From Dehalococcoidia bacterium (GTDB lineage Bacteria > Chloroflexota > Dehalococcoidia > GIF9 > AB-539-J10): a stretch of DNA of 64,000 nt. Where the stretch lies: assembly GCA_034414555.1 (NCBI GenBank), contig DAOUMA010000008.1, positions 11,039-75,038 of the forward strand, read 5' to 3'. This document shows, piece after piece, positions 49,155-58,847 of the stretch; within the stretch, counting starts at the first letter, position 1, and every line of letters starts with the position of its first letter. The notes under the pieces were generated by a model. That model was not told where the DNA came from, made no database searches, and saw only the letters and a program-made list of their open reading frames with translations. Both the position numbers and the translations under genes were made by a program.

Positions 49155-50189
49155 CTAGAGCTGCCACACACTAACCAGCTGTTGGTAATCAATCAGTCCA
49201 TTTTCGGCTACGTTTTCGATCTCAATTCCAGCCTCAACGGCTGCTGCCACCGGGTTCAGCCCACCCAGTTGCACGACACCAATCCGATTCAGACCCACAG
49301 GAATCTGACAAAGTGGCTCGCTAGTATTGCCTACGGCGTAAACCCCATGGATGCCAGCCTCCTTGAGCAAGGCAATCTTCTCCTCCAAGATTCCCCTCGC
49401 CGGTGCTGGTATTGTACGGAAGACACCTAGTATCTTACCGCTGCCTGTCTTTGCAGCCTCGCTAACACTAGTCATCCTGGCACGAATAAATTGCTCGGAG
49501 GGATCGAGAGAGGTACCAGCATAATCGACTATGGCCACAAAGCGCCTTGGCTTTGAATTCCTAGCTTCAAGCAGGCCCCCGAACCTGTAGTCTGTAGGGA
49601 CACCAGCCTTCAGGAGTACTCCATTAATGACTATGCTACAAACAGTAGCCAAGCCAATTTTCCCACTGGGGATAACCACAGAACCAAGTTTTTCCCCCTC
49701 AGACGCTGTGGCCACCAACTCACTAACACAGATTCCTGCCTTGAATGCATCCTTCATAGCTGATAGTGCTGCGGTGAGCTTCTCCTTGTCAATAAGAGAG
49801 GTATTTATGGATAGCTGGCCAGTTCTTTTTTGAGGGTTGAAAGTGGTCTGGAAGGCTAACATCTCGAGCTTCTCGCGTATGAAACCGAGTTGTTCTGGGG
49901 CAAGTGCTTCCCTAACCTCCTCGAGTCCAGCCCTAGTGATCATTCTGCCATCCTGACCTACCGGCTGGGTATAACCACGCTCGTCCGCTATCCGAAGATG
50001 ATATCTAACTGCTCTTTCACTTAAAAAAATACCGCGGCGCTGAAGTTCCCGAGCGATGGTAATTGACCCTAGCGGTTCAGAAGACTCGCTCAATACTTTA
50101 AGAATGGACATTATCTTCCGTTCCGTCTCCGGACCAGCGCTTTGTATCATACGAACCTCTCTTGGCTCTCTTAGATAGACTGTAGCCAT
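49155..50189 (-). CDS. nrpR: NrpR-family nitrogen regulatory repressor (wHTH + NrpR regulatory domain)
   Basis: N-terminal winged helix (ILKVLSESSEPLGSITIARELQRRGI ... RAVRYHLR) plus a DUF128-like regulatory domain. Lies immediately beside glnA-glnB-amtB. An alternative start exists at MIQSAG. Confidence 0.6.
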   Translation of the reverse strand: MATVYLREPREVRMIQSAGPETERKIMSILKVLSESSEPLGSITIARELQRRGIFLSERAVRYHLRIADERGYTQPVGQDGRMITRAGLEEVREALAPEQLGFIREKLEMLAFQTTFNPQKRTGQLSINTSLIDKEKLTAALSAMKDAFKAGICVSELVATASEGEKLGSVVIPSGKIGLATVCSIVINGVLLKAGVPTDYRFGGLLEARNSKPRRFVAIVDYAGTSLDPSEQFIRARMTSVSEAAKTGSGKILGVFRTIPAPARGILEEKIALLKEAGIHGVYAVGNTSEPLCQIPVGLNRIGVVQLGGLNPVAAAVEAGIEIENVAENGLIDYQQLVSVWQL

Positions 50190-50228
50190 TATACCACTTC
50201 TTTAGCAAGCTGAACAGTAGAATTCCAC

Positions 50229-51572
50229 TTACAGCACTGGTAAGTACCTCTTGAGTTCGTAGTCGGTCACCTGAGTCCGATACTGGTCCCACTCAATCTT
50301 CTTATTCTTGATGAAAGCGTTAAAAACGTGGTCGCCGAGGGTTTTTCGCACCAGCTCACTCTTTTCCGTGAGCTGTATTGCCTCCAGAAGGCTGGCGGGC
50401 AATGTGCCTATGCCCAGACTCTTTCTTTTCTCCTCGCTCATGTGGTATACGTTTTCTTCCACCGGTTCCGGCGGTTCCAATCCTTCCTCAATCCCCGCCA
50501 GGCCGGCAGCCAGCATCACACTGAAGCAAAGGTAGGGGTTGCAGGCGGGGTCGGGAGAGCGAAGCTCAAACCTGGTCGCATTTTCAAAGCCTGGTTTGTA
50601 TTCGGGAACCCGGATAAGGTCAGAACGGTTCCGCGTTGCCCAGGAGAGATAGACCGGTGCCTCCCAACCGGGTACCAACCGCTTATATGAGTTTACCCAC
50701 TGGCTGGTGACCGCAGTAATCTCGGGGGCATATTTCAGGAGCCCAGCAACAAAGCCCAGTGCTACCTTGGAGAGATAATGCTTGCCCTTCTTGTCAAAGA
50801 AGGCATTGGTATCACCCTTGAATAGGGACTGGTGGACATGCATACCGCTACCATTAATACCGAAGACCGGCTTGGGCATAAAGGTGGCATAGACTTCACG
50901 CTTTAGCGCCATTTCCTTGACCACTATCCGATAGGTCATCACATTGTCAGCCATGCTCAGGGCATCAGTATAGTGCATGTCTATCTCGTGCTGGCTGGTA
51001 GCGACCTCGTGGTGGGACTTGTCAATAGCAATGCCCATCTCCTCCAGGGCGAGCACCGTTTCCCGTCTCAGGTCAATAGCCGCATCATGAGGGTCCATGT
51101 CGAAATACCCCCCGTGGTCCAGCGGCTCGGTACAATTTGAATCCTTGAAATAGAAATACTCAAGCTCCGGGCCAACATAATAGACATAACCCATATCTGC
51201 CGCTCGTTCCAGGTTCTTTTTCAAGACAAACCGTGGGTCACCTTCAAAAGGCTCGCCGCCCGGTTTAAGTATGTCACAGAACACTCTAGCCACCGCCGCG
51301 TGCTCCTTGGGTCGCCACGGAAGAAGCCGGAAGGTATCAGGGTCAGGCAGAGCTACCATATCGCTTTCATCAATACGGGCAAAGCCCTCGATTGAGGAGC
51401 CATCAAAGCCCACGCCGTCCTCGAGAGCACCTTCCAGCTCCTCTACAGTGATGGCAAAACTCTTGAGCATGCCCAGGATGTCGGTGAACCATAGCTTGAT
51501 GAACTTGACATCGTGCTGCTCAGCCATCTTGAGGACATATTGCTTACTTTCCTCCCTACTTTTGGTTTGCAT
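50229..51572 (-). CDS. glnA: Glutamine synthetase, type I
   Basis: GSI beta-grasp N-domain and catalytic domain motifs (..GINGSGMHVHQSL.., ..NRSDLIRVP..) at 447 aa. Confidence 0.9.
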   Translation of the reverse strand: MQTKSREESKQYVLKMAEQHDVKFIKLWFTDILGMLKSFAITVEELEGALEDGVGFDGSSIEGFARIDESDMVALPDPDTFRLLPWRPKEHAAVARVFCDILKPGGEPFEGDPRFVLKKNLERAADMGYVYYVGPELEYFYFKDSNCTEPLDHGGYFDMDPHDAAIDLRRETVLALEEMGIAIDKSHHEVATSQHEIDMHYTDALSMADNVMTYRIVVKEMALKREVYATFMPKPVFGINGSGMHVHQSLFKGDTNAFFDKKGKHYLSKVALGFVAGLLKYAPEITAVTSQWVNSYKRLVPGWEAPVYLSWATRNRSDLIRVPEYKPGFENATRFELRSPDPACNPYLCFSVMLAAGLAGIEEGLEPPEPVEENVYHMSEEKRKSLGIGTLPASLLEAIQLTEKSELVRKTLGDHVFNAFIKNKKIEWDQYRTQVTDYELKRYLPVL

Positions 51573-51590
51573 ATTTATAACCCTCCTTTT

Positions 51591-51929
51591 TTATATTGCA
51601 TTCTCGCCTTCCTCACCGGTTCTAACACGCACCGCATCCTCGACCGGGAGGACAAATATCTTGCCATCTCCCATCTCGCCAGTCCTTGCAGCACTGGTGA
51701 TAGCATTCAGTGTTTTGGGCACATCATCGTCAAGCACGATAAGCTCAACCTTAAGCTTGGGTAAAAAATCCACTTTATATTCTCCGACGCGCCATTGTAA
51801 GACGAGACCTCCTTCCCGGCCATGACCGCTGACCTCACTTACGGTCATGCCATAGTAACCACTATTTTGAAGAGCGGCTCTCACCGCATCCAGCTTTTCT
51901 TCCCTGATGATGGCTTCTATCTTCTTCAC
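51591..51929 (-). CDS. glnB: Nitrogen regulatory protein P-II
   Basis: MKKIEAIIREEKLDAVRAAL ... TVSEVSGHGREGG T-loop region at 112 aa. Confidence 0.9.
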   Translation of the reverse strand: MKKIEAIIREEKLDAVRAALQNSGYYGMTVSEVSGHGREGGLVLQWRVGEYKVDFLPKLKVELIVLDDDVPKTLNAITSAARTGEMGDGKIFVLPVEDAVRVRTGEEGENAI

Positions 51930-53164
51930 CGCAACGTTCCTCCGTAAGCCCTTTCCCCATGTTGCGAGATGTCCAAGCCGACAATTTCTTCAGTGACACT
52001 GACCCTCAGCCCCATAACAACATCAACCAGTTTCCCCAGAACCCAGGTAGCGCCAAAGGCAAATGCCCAGACCGTACCTACTGCCACGAGTTGCTTTCCA
52101 AGCTGCATGGCGTTGCCGAAAATCAGCCCATTAGCACCAGCTGAATTTACCACAACACTGGCAAAAATACCAGTGGCCAGAGCACCCCAGGTGCCACCGA
52201 TACCATGACACGCCCAGACATCTAGAGACTCATCAACCCCCATCTTCCTCGCTCTGAAGAGCATAGCATAGTAGCAGGCCACTGCTGCCCCGATACCTAT
52301 CGGTATTCCCATCAGCGGCGACACAAAGCCGGCAGCTGGTGTAACCGCTGCCAGTCCAGCAATGGCTCCAGTGGCAATACCAAGGACAGTAGGACGCCGA
52401 TAAATCCAGCTAAGTACCATCCAGGTGACAGCTGCTGCCGCTGCTGATGTATTGGTAGCGACAAAGGCGCTGGATGCCAGCCCCCCGGAGGTGAGGGCGC
52501 TGCCGGCATTAAAGCCAAACCAGCCAAACCAGAGCAACCCGGCACCAAGCGCCACCATAGGAATATTACTTGGTTCCATTGGCTGCTTCTCAAGGAAGCC
52601 TTTGCGAGGACCAAGCAACCAGGCTAAAGCCAGCGCTGATACACCAGCATTTATGTGAACCACGATACCACCGGCGAAGTCGAGGACACCCAGTCTGGCT
52701 AGCCACCCACCGCTGCCCCACACCCAGTGGGCTACCGGGCAATAGACAAGGCTAAACCACAAGACAGAAAAGACCAGGAGGGCGCTGAATTTCATCCGCT
52801 CAACCACCGCCCCGGTAATCAGAACTACGGTGATAATGGCAAACATAGCCTGAAAAATCATATAAGCCAACTGGGGAACTGTCGTCGCATAGACCGGCGA
52901 AGGTTCTTGCCCCACGCCGTGGAGAAAAATAAAATTAAGCCCACCGATAATACCCCCTTTATCTGGACCGAAGCTCAGGCTATAACCGTATAAGACCCAG
53001 AGTAGACCCACCAATGCCATGATGGCAAAACTCATCATGATGGTAGAAAGGATATTCTTCCTTCGCACCATGCCGCCATAGAATAGAGCTACCCCTGGCG
53101 TCATCAACATAACCAGCGCTGATGATATCAACATCCAGGCAGTGTTACCTGTATCAATAGACAT
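51926..53164 (-). CDS. amtB: Ammonium transporter
   Basis: 11-TM Amt/MEP protein with twin-His and AGLLWFGWFGFNAGS signature. Confidence 0.9.
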   Translation of the reverse strand: MSIDTGNTAWMLISSALVMLMTPGVALFYGGMVRRKNILSTIMMSFAIMALVGLLWVLYGYSLSFGPDKGGIIGGLNFIFLHGVGQEPSPVYATTVPQLAYMIFQAMFAIITVVLITGAVVERMKFSALLVFSVLWFSLVYCPVAHWVWGSGGWLARLGVLDFAGGIVVHINAGVSALALAWLLGPRKGFLEKQPMEPSNIPMVALGAGLLWFGWFGFNAGSALTSGGLASSAFVATNTSAAAAAVTWMVLSWIYRRPTVLGIATGAIAGLAAVTPAAGFVSPLMGIPIGIGAAVACYYAMLFRARKMGVDESLDVWACHGIGGTWGALATGIFASVVVNSAGANGLIFGNAMQLGKQLVAVGTVWAFAFGATWVLGKLVDVVMGLRVSVTEEIVGLDISQHGERAYGGTLR

Positions 53165-53398
53165 TTGAAATCTCTTTTCTAAACATCGTTGTCCCCATCT
53201 TGACCTTTAATGGATTCGTTTGTTCTCTCTTCGGTATCTCCTTCGCTTTCTTTCTCATCAGTATGCCCTCCTCGGGAAGCTGTTGACCTGAAATACCTCT
53301 GGCTAGCCTGGGTGATAAGGCTCCATTTTTAGGCAAATGATAAAAGCTTGATGTTTCCAGAATATTACGAGCAGGTTAAGTTTGTGTTACAAAGGGGG

Positions 53399-54073
53399 TT
53401 AGACGTTTTTCTTGAATCTGTAGCCTACGTTTCTCACAGTGTCGATAAAAGAGTGACTTCTATCCTCGATCTTGCTCCTCAATCTCCTGATGTGCACATC
53501 TACAGTTCTGTCTCCACCGTAATAATCCCACCCCCAGACCTTAGCAAGCAGGGTCTCACGAGTGAAAACCTTTCCTTCGTTGCTTGCCAAGAACTTAAGT
53601 AGCTGATACTCCTTGAAAGTAAGCACTATTGGCTCGCCACCAAGTGACACCTCGTATTTGGCTGAATCTATAACCAGGCCGCCACACTTAATTATATCTT
53701 CGCTGCCTATGCTCCCTTTTTGCCTCAGAATTCGTTTTATCCTAGCTGTAATTTCATTTGCTTCCCAGGGTTTGACCACAAAATCATCTATGCTGGTGTT
53801 GGAATCGAGGCCATTGAGTTTCTCTCTGGAGACAAGGGCAATGATGGGTATGTGTCTTTCTTGCCTTATCCTTTGAGCTTGTTCCCATGTTTCTGAACCA
53901 ATCGTCGCTTCACCCATATCTAGCAACATCAGCTCCGGGGATTGCCCCGCAATTTGTTCAATCGCTTCATCATTATGGGGAGCAATTAGGCAATCAAAGC
54001 CCCTCTGAGCAAGTTCTGAACTCAGTTCCCTTGCCTGCCCGCTTTCATTGGCTATAATGAGTAGTTTGAACAA
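53399..54073 (-). CDS. OmpR-family response regulator (receiver + winged-helix) with atypical acidic pocket
   Basis: C-terminal trans_reg_C motifs (REYQLLKFLASNEGKVFTRETLLAKVWGWDYYGGDRTVDVHIRRLR). The receiver keeps the phospho-Asp (LLDMGE) and Lys (VVKPW), but the usual DD pair is N-E (IIANESG). No histidine kinase gene nearby. Confidence 0.7.
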   Translation of the reverse strand: MFKLLIIANESGQARELSSELAQRGFDCLIAPHNDEAIEQIAGQSPELMLLDMGEATIGSETWEQAQRIRQERHIPIIALVSREKLNGLDSNTSIDDFVVKPWEANEITARIKRILRQKGSIGSEDIIKCGGLVIDSAKYEVSLGGEPIVLTFKEYQLLKFLASNEGKVFTRETLLAKVWGWDYYGGDRTVDVHIRRLRSKIEDRSHSFIDTVRNVGYRFKKNV

Positions 54074-54089
54074 AGAAGCTCCCCCAAAG

Positions 54090-55790
54090 TTAGGAGTGGA
54101 TTATTTTGGTGGTTGCTGCTAAATATGGTTCAAGTTGCTCTTGCTCTGCCGGACTTAGTAAGCCATGCTCATAAGCTAGGTTGTCCAGCCATAGCTGGAC
54201 ATAGTCTTGGGTTGCCCAATGGCTCGGATCATCGTATTTAAACCCATACCGCTGTGAGCTACCCAGATTCTCCTCCAGTTCATTATCCATGTGATACCCT
54301 AGTTGATTTGTTAGAGATTCATTGAAACCGTGCTCTTCAGCCAGTGTTACAAGTCTATTGTGAATTCCAGCGCCATGTTGGGCTGCTTCCTTGGGTCGCC
54401 ATGCTATTTCCTCAGGAACACCAATAGCAAGTGCCAGAACACGGTGAATATATTTTCCTGTAGTGTCCTTAGCCGACCTCAGCTTGAGATGAGGGTCTAT
54501 GTCAAAAGCTACTCTAATCACTTGATGGTCTAGGTAAGGCACGCGGAGTTCAATGCCATAAGCCATGGTGATTTTGTCTTCCCGTTCTAGGGTTTCTTTG
54601 TAGAGTTGTTTGAGGTCATCCCACATACGAAATTCGAATTCATCATATCCATCCACTTCAACAATGCGACGATACCAAGGGTAGCCACCGAATAGCTCGT
54701 CAGCACCTTGACCTGTCAGCAAAACAATCTGGTTATCCTGATGAGCTAGCTCCACAGAGGCTATGATAGGAATGGCTACTTCTACTTGTCCCAGGCTGTG
54801 GTCTTCTGTAGAGGCAATCGCTTTGACGATAAAATCCAGCAGGGTCTGGTCATCAAGTTCGTTTATCCGGATAGGGATGTCGATTTGAGCAGCGGCCCGT
54901 TTGGCAAAATCTATATCGTCGGCATTTCTCATGCCAGCAGTGTAGCAAGTCATATTAGCGCCCAGATTCTCAGCAATTGTGGTTATTAAGGCACTATCCA
55001 CCCCGCCAGAGAAAATTACCCCCACCTGTTCCAAATCAGGAATGCGCTTTTGCACTGCCTCTTTCAAGGCTGTCTCATAGGTTTCGAGTGCTTCTCCGAA
55101 GTCATGAATAGCGGGTTCATTGGCACACAGAAAGTCTGGCGTTCGATGAGCCTTCTCAAGCCCGGTGAAGGACAAGCGCATAGCTTCGCCAGGAAGTAAA
55201 CGATGAACACCATTTCTTAGGCCAAGATTCCAAAGCGTTTTTTTCTCTGAGGCGAAGGCCACAAGCTTTTCATTTTCTCCCCAATATAGTTGTTTTACAC
55301 CAATAAGGTCTCGAGCGATGACGATTTCTTTGCCATCACTAACAGCTATAGCATAGACCCCATCTAGCTGGGACGCTATATTATTAAAAGCCTCCATCAA
55401 GTCACCTTTGTAATGTTGGGAAAGTAGATGAACTAGGACTTCACTATCTGTCTGGGTAGCAAAGTGATAATCTTTTTCCAGAGAACTTCGCAAAGCCTTG
55501 TAGTTATAAATCTCGCCATTATGCAATAAGACAATTTCTCCATTGTTGCTGACTAAAGGTTGCCACCCCTCAGAGCCGCCCACTATTGCCAGCCTGGTAT
55601 GACCCATAGCTAGATTGCCTCGCAGGGAATCCCAATCTAGCTCTGCTATTGTTTTAGCGTAACAAACTTTGCCTGATGCCGTTATTCCAGCTCCATCTGG
55701 GCCGCGATGCTCGATGCTTTCCAGCATGTCCCGTAGCAATGGGATTACATTTTCACCTTTCTTGCTTAATAGTCCTGCAATGCCACACAC
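54090..55790 (-). CDS. asnB: Asparagine synthase (glutamine-hydrolysing)
   Basis: Class II GATase N-terminus CGIAGL immediately after a GTG start (AAGGAGG RBS 8 nt upstream). SGGVDSALI PP-loop. Confidence 0.85.
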   Translation of the reverse strand: MCGIAGLLSKKGENVIPLLRDMLESIEHRGPDGAGITASGKVCYAKTIAELDWDSLRGNLAMGHTRLAIVGGSEGWQPLVSNNGEIVLLHNGEIYNYKALRSSLEKDYHFATQTDSEVLVHLLSQHYKGDLMEAFNNIASQLDGVYAIAVSDGKEIVIARDLIGVKQLYWGENEKLVAFASEKKTLWNLGLRNGVHRLLPGEAMRLSFTGLEKAHRTPDFLCANEPAIHDFGEALETYETALKEAVQKRIPDLEQVGVIFSGGVDSALITTIAENLGANMTCYTAGMRNADDIDFAKRAAAQIDIPIRINELDDQTLLDFIVKAIASTEDHSLGQVEVAIPIIASVELAHQDNQIVLLTGQGADELFGGYPWYRRIVEVDGYDEFEFRMWDDLKQLYKETLEREDKITMAYGIELRVPYLDHQVIRVAFDIDPHLKLRSAKDTTGKYIHRVLALAIGVPEEIAWRPKEAAQHGAGIHNRLVTLAEEHGFNESLTNQLGYHMDNELEENLGSSQRYGFKYDDPSHWATQDYVQLWLDNLAYEHGLLSPAEQEQLEPYLAATTKIIHS

Positions 55791-55803
55791 GACAATAACC
55801 TCC

Positions 55804-56562
55804 TTAATAAGCGTAAAGTCGGCCATAAGGGCGAAGGTAAAGGGGGAAAAGTTTAATAAATTTGTGCTTCAGTATCTCCTCGGCATTATAGCCGAAGTGA
55901 TAAGCAAATTCACCTACTAGCTCCTTTAGAACCACATAATCGTTTTCATCCAGTTCAGCGACACCTACTTCCTTGCCTAGCTGAAATTCCTGAACTTCCC
56001 TCCTCATATAGATAGCGCCACCATGCATGCCAGTGCCGATGAAATTTGCCCTATGTCGCTCCCCTTCTTTGAGGTTTAGCCCCAGGAGAATCAGGATTCC
56101 GCCTGCCATATATTCGCCCAAGAAGTCCTGGGCAGTGCCGCCGATGACGACTGCTGGCTTCCTATCCTGATATTCCTTCATATGAATCCCGGCTCGGTAG
56201 CCGACATCATCCCGAATAAAGAGCTTACCTCCCCGAGCTGATAAACCGATGATATCGCCAGCATGACCATGGATGATGATTTCACCACTGTTCATGGTGT
56301 TGCCGCAGCCATCCTGAGCATTGCCGCGCACAATAATCCTTGGCCCGTCCATGAACGCTCCAAGGTCATTGCCGGGCGTGCCAAAGATTTCGATTTCCAC
56401 CGATGTATTCAGGTCCGTGCCAATATACCTCTGACCATAAACGTTATAAAGCTCAATTCGGTGAGCACCTTTTTTGACCACATCCCTAAGTCTGGCATTG
56501 AGCTCCTGATAGAAAATGCCACTGGCATCGATCTTCACTGACGAATTAGCCTGCCCTTTCAT
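55804..56562 (-). CDS. gltB3: Glutamate synthase GXGXG-domain subunit (archaeal-type GltB domain 3)
   Basis: Repeated GxGxG-rich beta-helix motifs (IIVRGNAQDGCGNTMNSGEIIIHGHAGDIIG ...). Confidence 0.7.
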   Translation of the reverse strand: MKGQANSSVKIDASGIFYQELNARLRDVVKKGAHRIELYNVYGQRYIGTDLNTSVEIEIFGTPGNDLGAFMDGPRIIVRGNAQDGCGNTMNSGEIIIHGHAGDIIGLSARGGKLFIRDDVGYRAGIHMKEYQDRKPAVVIGGTAQDFLGEYMAGGILILLGLNLKEGERHRANFIGTGMHGGAIYMRREVQEFQLGKEVGVAELDENDYVVLKELVGEFAYHFGYNAEEILKHKFIKLFPLYLRPYGRLYAY

Positions 56563-56563
56563 A

Positions 56564-58069
56564 TTAGTTGCCCACCATCCTTACTCCGAGGATTTCGAGT
56601 TCAGTATCAGTCAACCCAATACCTCTCAAGTGGAGGCGATTTCCCCGCAGGCTCTCAATTGCGTTTACACCGAGACCGCCAAGTATATCCTTAAGCTCCA
56701 GGCTCCAACCGCGAAGGAGGTTAGCCAATCGCCTTGAACCAATGTCGGGGTTAACCCGCTTGGTCAGGAAAAGGTCAGTGGTGCAGATGCCCCAGGCACA
56801 CTTACCGGTATGGCATTGCTGACACACGGTGCACCCCAGGGCAATGAGAGCCGCCGTCCCAATGTAAACTGCATCAGCACCAAGGGCAATCGCCTTAGCT
56901 ACATCACCGCTATTTCTTATCCCCCCTGAAACGACAATCGAAGCCTGGTTACGGATTTTTTCTTGTCTTAAGCGGGTATCGACTGAGGCTAGAGCCATCT
57001 CAATAGGAATGCCCACGTTGTCACGGATTATTTTTGGTGCTGCTCCAGTAGCCCCCCGTAGCCCATCGAGAACTATGATGTCGGCTCCTGCCCGCACCAT
57101 ACCGCTGGCGATAGCTGCCGAGTTGTGGACGGCAGCTATCTTCACTGCCACTGGCTTGGTATAGTCTGTTGCCTCTTTAAGGGCATAAACAAGTTGAGCC
57201 AAGTCCTCGATGGAGTAAATATCGTGCTGCGGTGCTGGGGACAGGGCGTCCGTTCCCAGGGGAATCATTCGGGTCATAGATACCTCAGCGCTTACCTTTT
57301 CTCCGGGAAGATGCCCGCCAATGCCAGGCTTAGCCCCTTGACCAATCTTAATCTCAATTACGCGGGCGACATCTAGATAATCAGGATGGACCCCAAAACG
57401 CCCTGATGCTACTTGGACGACAGTATTATTGCCATACTTATATAGCTTAGGGTGGAGCCCGCCTTCCCCGGTATTCCAGAGGGTTCCCACTTCAGTCGCT
57501 GCCCGAGCTAGAGATTCGTGCACATTGAGGCTTACTGCCCCATAGGACATGGCGGCAAACATGACCGGAACTTCAAGTTTCACCTGCGGCGCCAGCTCCG
57601 TTTTCAGATTGATGTTATCCCCATCAAGCTCAACCCGGTCAGGTTTTCGTCCCAGATAGGTGGTAAGCTCCATCGGCTCGCGCAGCGGGTCGATAGATGG
57701 GTTGGTCACCTGGCTGGCATTAAGAACCAGATGGTCCCAGTAAATACGCTGACTCTTATCATCGCCCATTCCGGTGAGGAGCATGCCGCCGGTCTCGGCC
57801 TGCTTGATTATGTCTTCAATAACTTCAGGACGCCAGTTATAGTTCTCACGGTAGTCCAGCGGGTTTTTTCTAATAGTCAAGGCTTGGGTCGGGCAAAAAA
57901 CAACACAACGATGGCAGCCAACACAGTTCTCTTCCCGACTCCTTACCTCATCATCCTCAGCATCATAGTAATGAGCGTCAAAGGTGCACTGGTTGACACA
58001 TACCTGGCACTGGATGCACCGCTCCGGGTCTCGTTCTATTAAGAATTTGGCGGGAAGATAGGTCTTCAT
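56564..58069 (-). CDS. gltB2: Glutamate synthase FMN-binding subunit (archaeal-type GltB domain 2) with N-terminal 2x[4Fe-4S] ferredoxin module
   Basis: CIQCQVCVNQC and CVGCHRCVVFCP cluster motifs. TIM-barrel FMN site region (VSGGIRNSGDVAKAIALGADAV). Confidence 0.8.
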   Translation of the reverse strand: MKTYLPAKFLIERDPERCIQCQVCVNQCTFDAHYYDAEDDEVRSREENCVGCHRCVVFCPTQALTIRKNPLDYRENYNWRPEVIEDIIKQAETGGMLLTGMGDDKSQRIYWDHLVLNASQVTNPSIDPLREPMELTTYLGRKPDRVELDGDNINLKTELAPQVKLEVPVMFAAMSYGAVSLNVHESLARAATEVGTLWNTGEGGLHPKLYKYGNNTVVQVASGRFGVHPDYLDVARVIEIKIGQGAKPGIGGHLPGEKVSAEVSMTRMIPLGTDALSPAPQHDIYSIEDLAQLVYALKEATDYTKPVAVKIAAVHNSAAIASGMVRAGADIIVLDGLRGATGAAPKIIRDNVGIPIEMALASVDTRLRQEKIRNQASIVVSGGIRNSGDVAKAIALGADAVYIGTAALIALGCTVCQQCHTGKCAWGICTTDLFLTKRVNPDIGSRRLANLLRGWSLELKDILGGLGVNAIESLRGNRLHLRGIGLTDTELEILGVRMVGN

Positions 58070-58079
58070 TGTCTTTTCC

Positions 58080-58847
58080 CTAAATTCGTATCGGTATTCC
58101 TTTTTGGGCTAAATATCTCTTTGTCTCGGCAATGGAATAGGTGCCATAATGAAAAATACTGGCTGCCAGCACTGCATCCGCCTTTCCGCTAACTAGAGCT
58201 TGATAAAGGTCCTCCAGAGTTCCTGCACCACCACTGGCAATGACTGGCACGGTTACCGCCTCGGAGACAGCACGGGTTAGTTCAATGTCATAACCCGCCC
58301 GATGACCATCGGCATCAATGCTGGTAAGCAAAATTTCCCCAGCCCCCAATGCTGCTACCTGCCTCGCCCAAACGAGAGCATCAATCGCGGTTGGTCTTTG
58401 ACCACTGTAGCTGTAGATTTCCCATCGTGGTTCCTTACTGCTCTCTACCCTCTTGGCGTCTATAGAGACCACGATGCATTGACTGCCAAATTTATCAGCC
58501 GCTTCTCTAATCAGGGGTGGCTTGAGCACGGCGGCAGTGTTTATTGACACCTTGTCTGCTCCTGCCATCAAAATGCGCCGGATATCACTGATACTGCGCA
58601 GCCCGCCACCCACAGTTAGGGGTATAAACACCTCTTTGGAGATACGCTCAATGATATCAACCATGGTGTCACGCTCCTCAGGAGTCGCAGTTATGTCCAG
58701 AAAGACCAGTTCGTCGGCACCCTCCTTATAGTAGAAGCTAGCCAGCTCTACCGGGTCGCCAGCGTCGCGCAACTCCACAAAGCTTTTCCCCTTTACTACC
58801 CGTCCATTTTTCACATCAAGACAGGGAATAATCCGTTTAGTTAACAT
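58080..58847 (-). CDS. hisF: Imidazole glycerol phosphate synthase cyclase subunit
   Basis: [20 protein letters not shown] ... SIDA ... ASGGAG are canonical HisF motifs. Start placed at MLTKR. Confidence 0.85.
   Translation of the reverse strand: MLTKRIIPCLDVKNGRVVKGKSFVELRDAGDPVELASFYYKEGADELVFLDITATPEERDTMVDIIERISKEVFIPLTVGGGLRSISDIRRILMAGADKVSINTAAVLKPPLIREAADKFGSQCIVVSIDAKRVESSKEPRWEIYSYSGQRPTAIDALVWARQVAALGAGEILLTSIDADGHRAGYDIELTRAVSEAVTVPVIASGGAGTLEDLYQALVSGKADAVLAASIFHYGTYSIAETKRYLAQKGIPIRI

Noticed and set aside
53348-53876. Plus-strand ORFs 53348-53602 and 53613-53876
   Set aside because: They are antisense to the OmpR-family response regulator gene and have no support.
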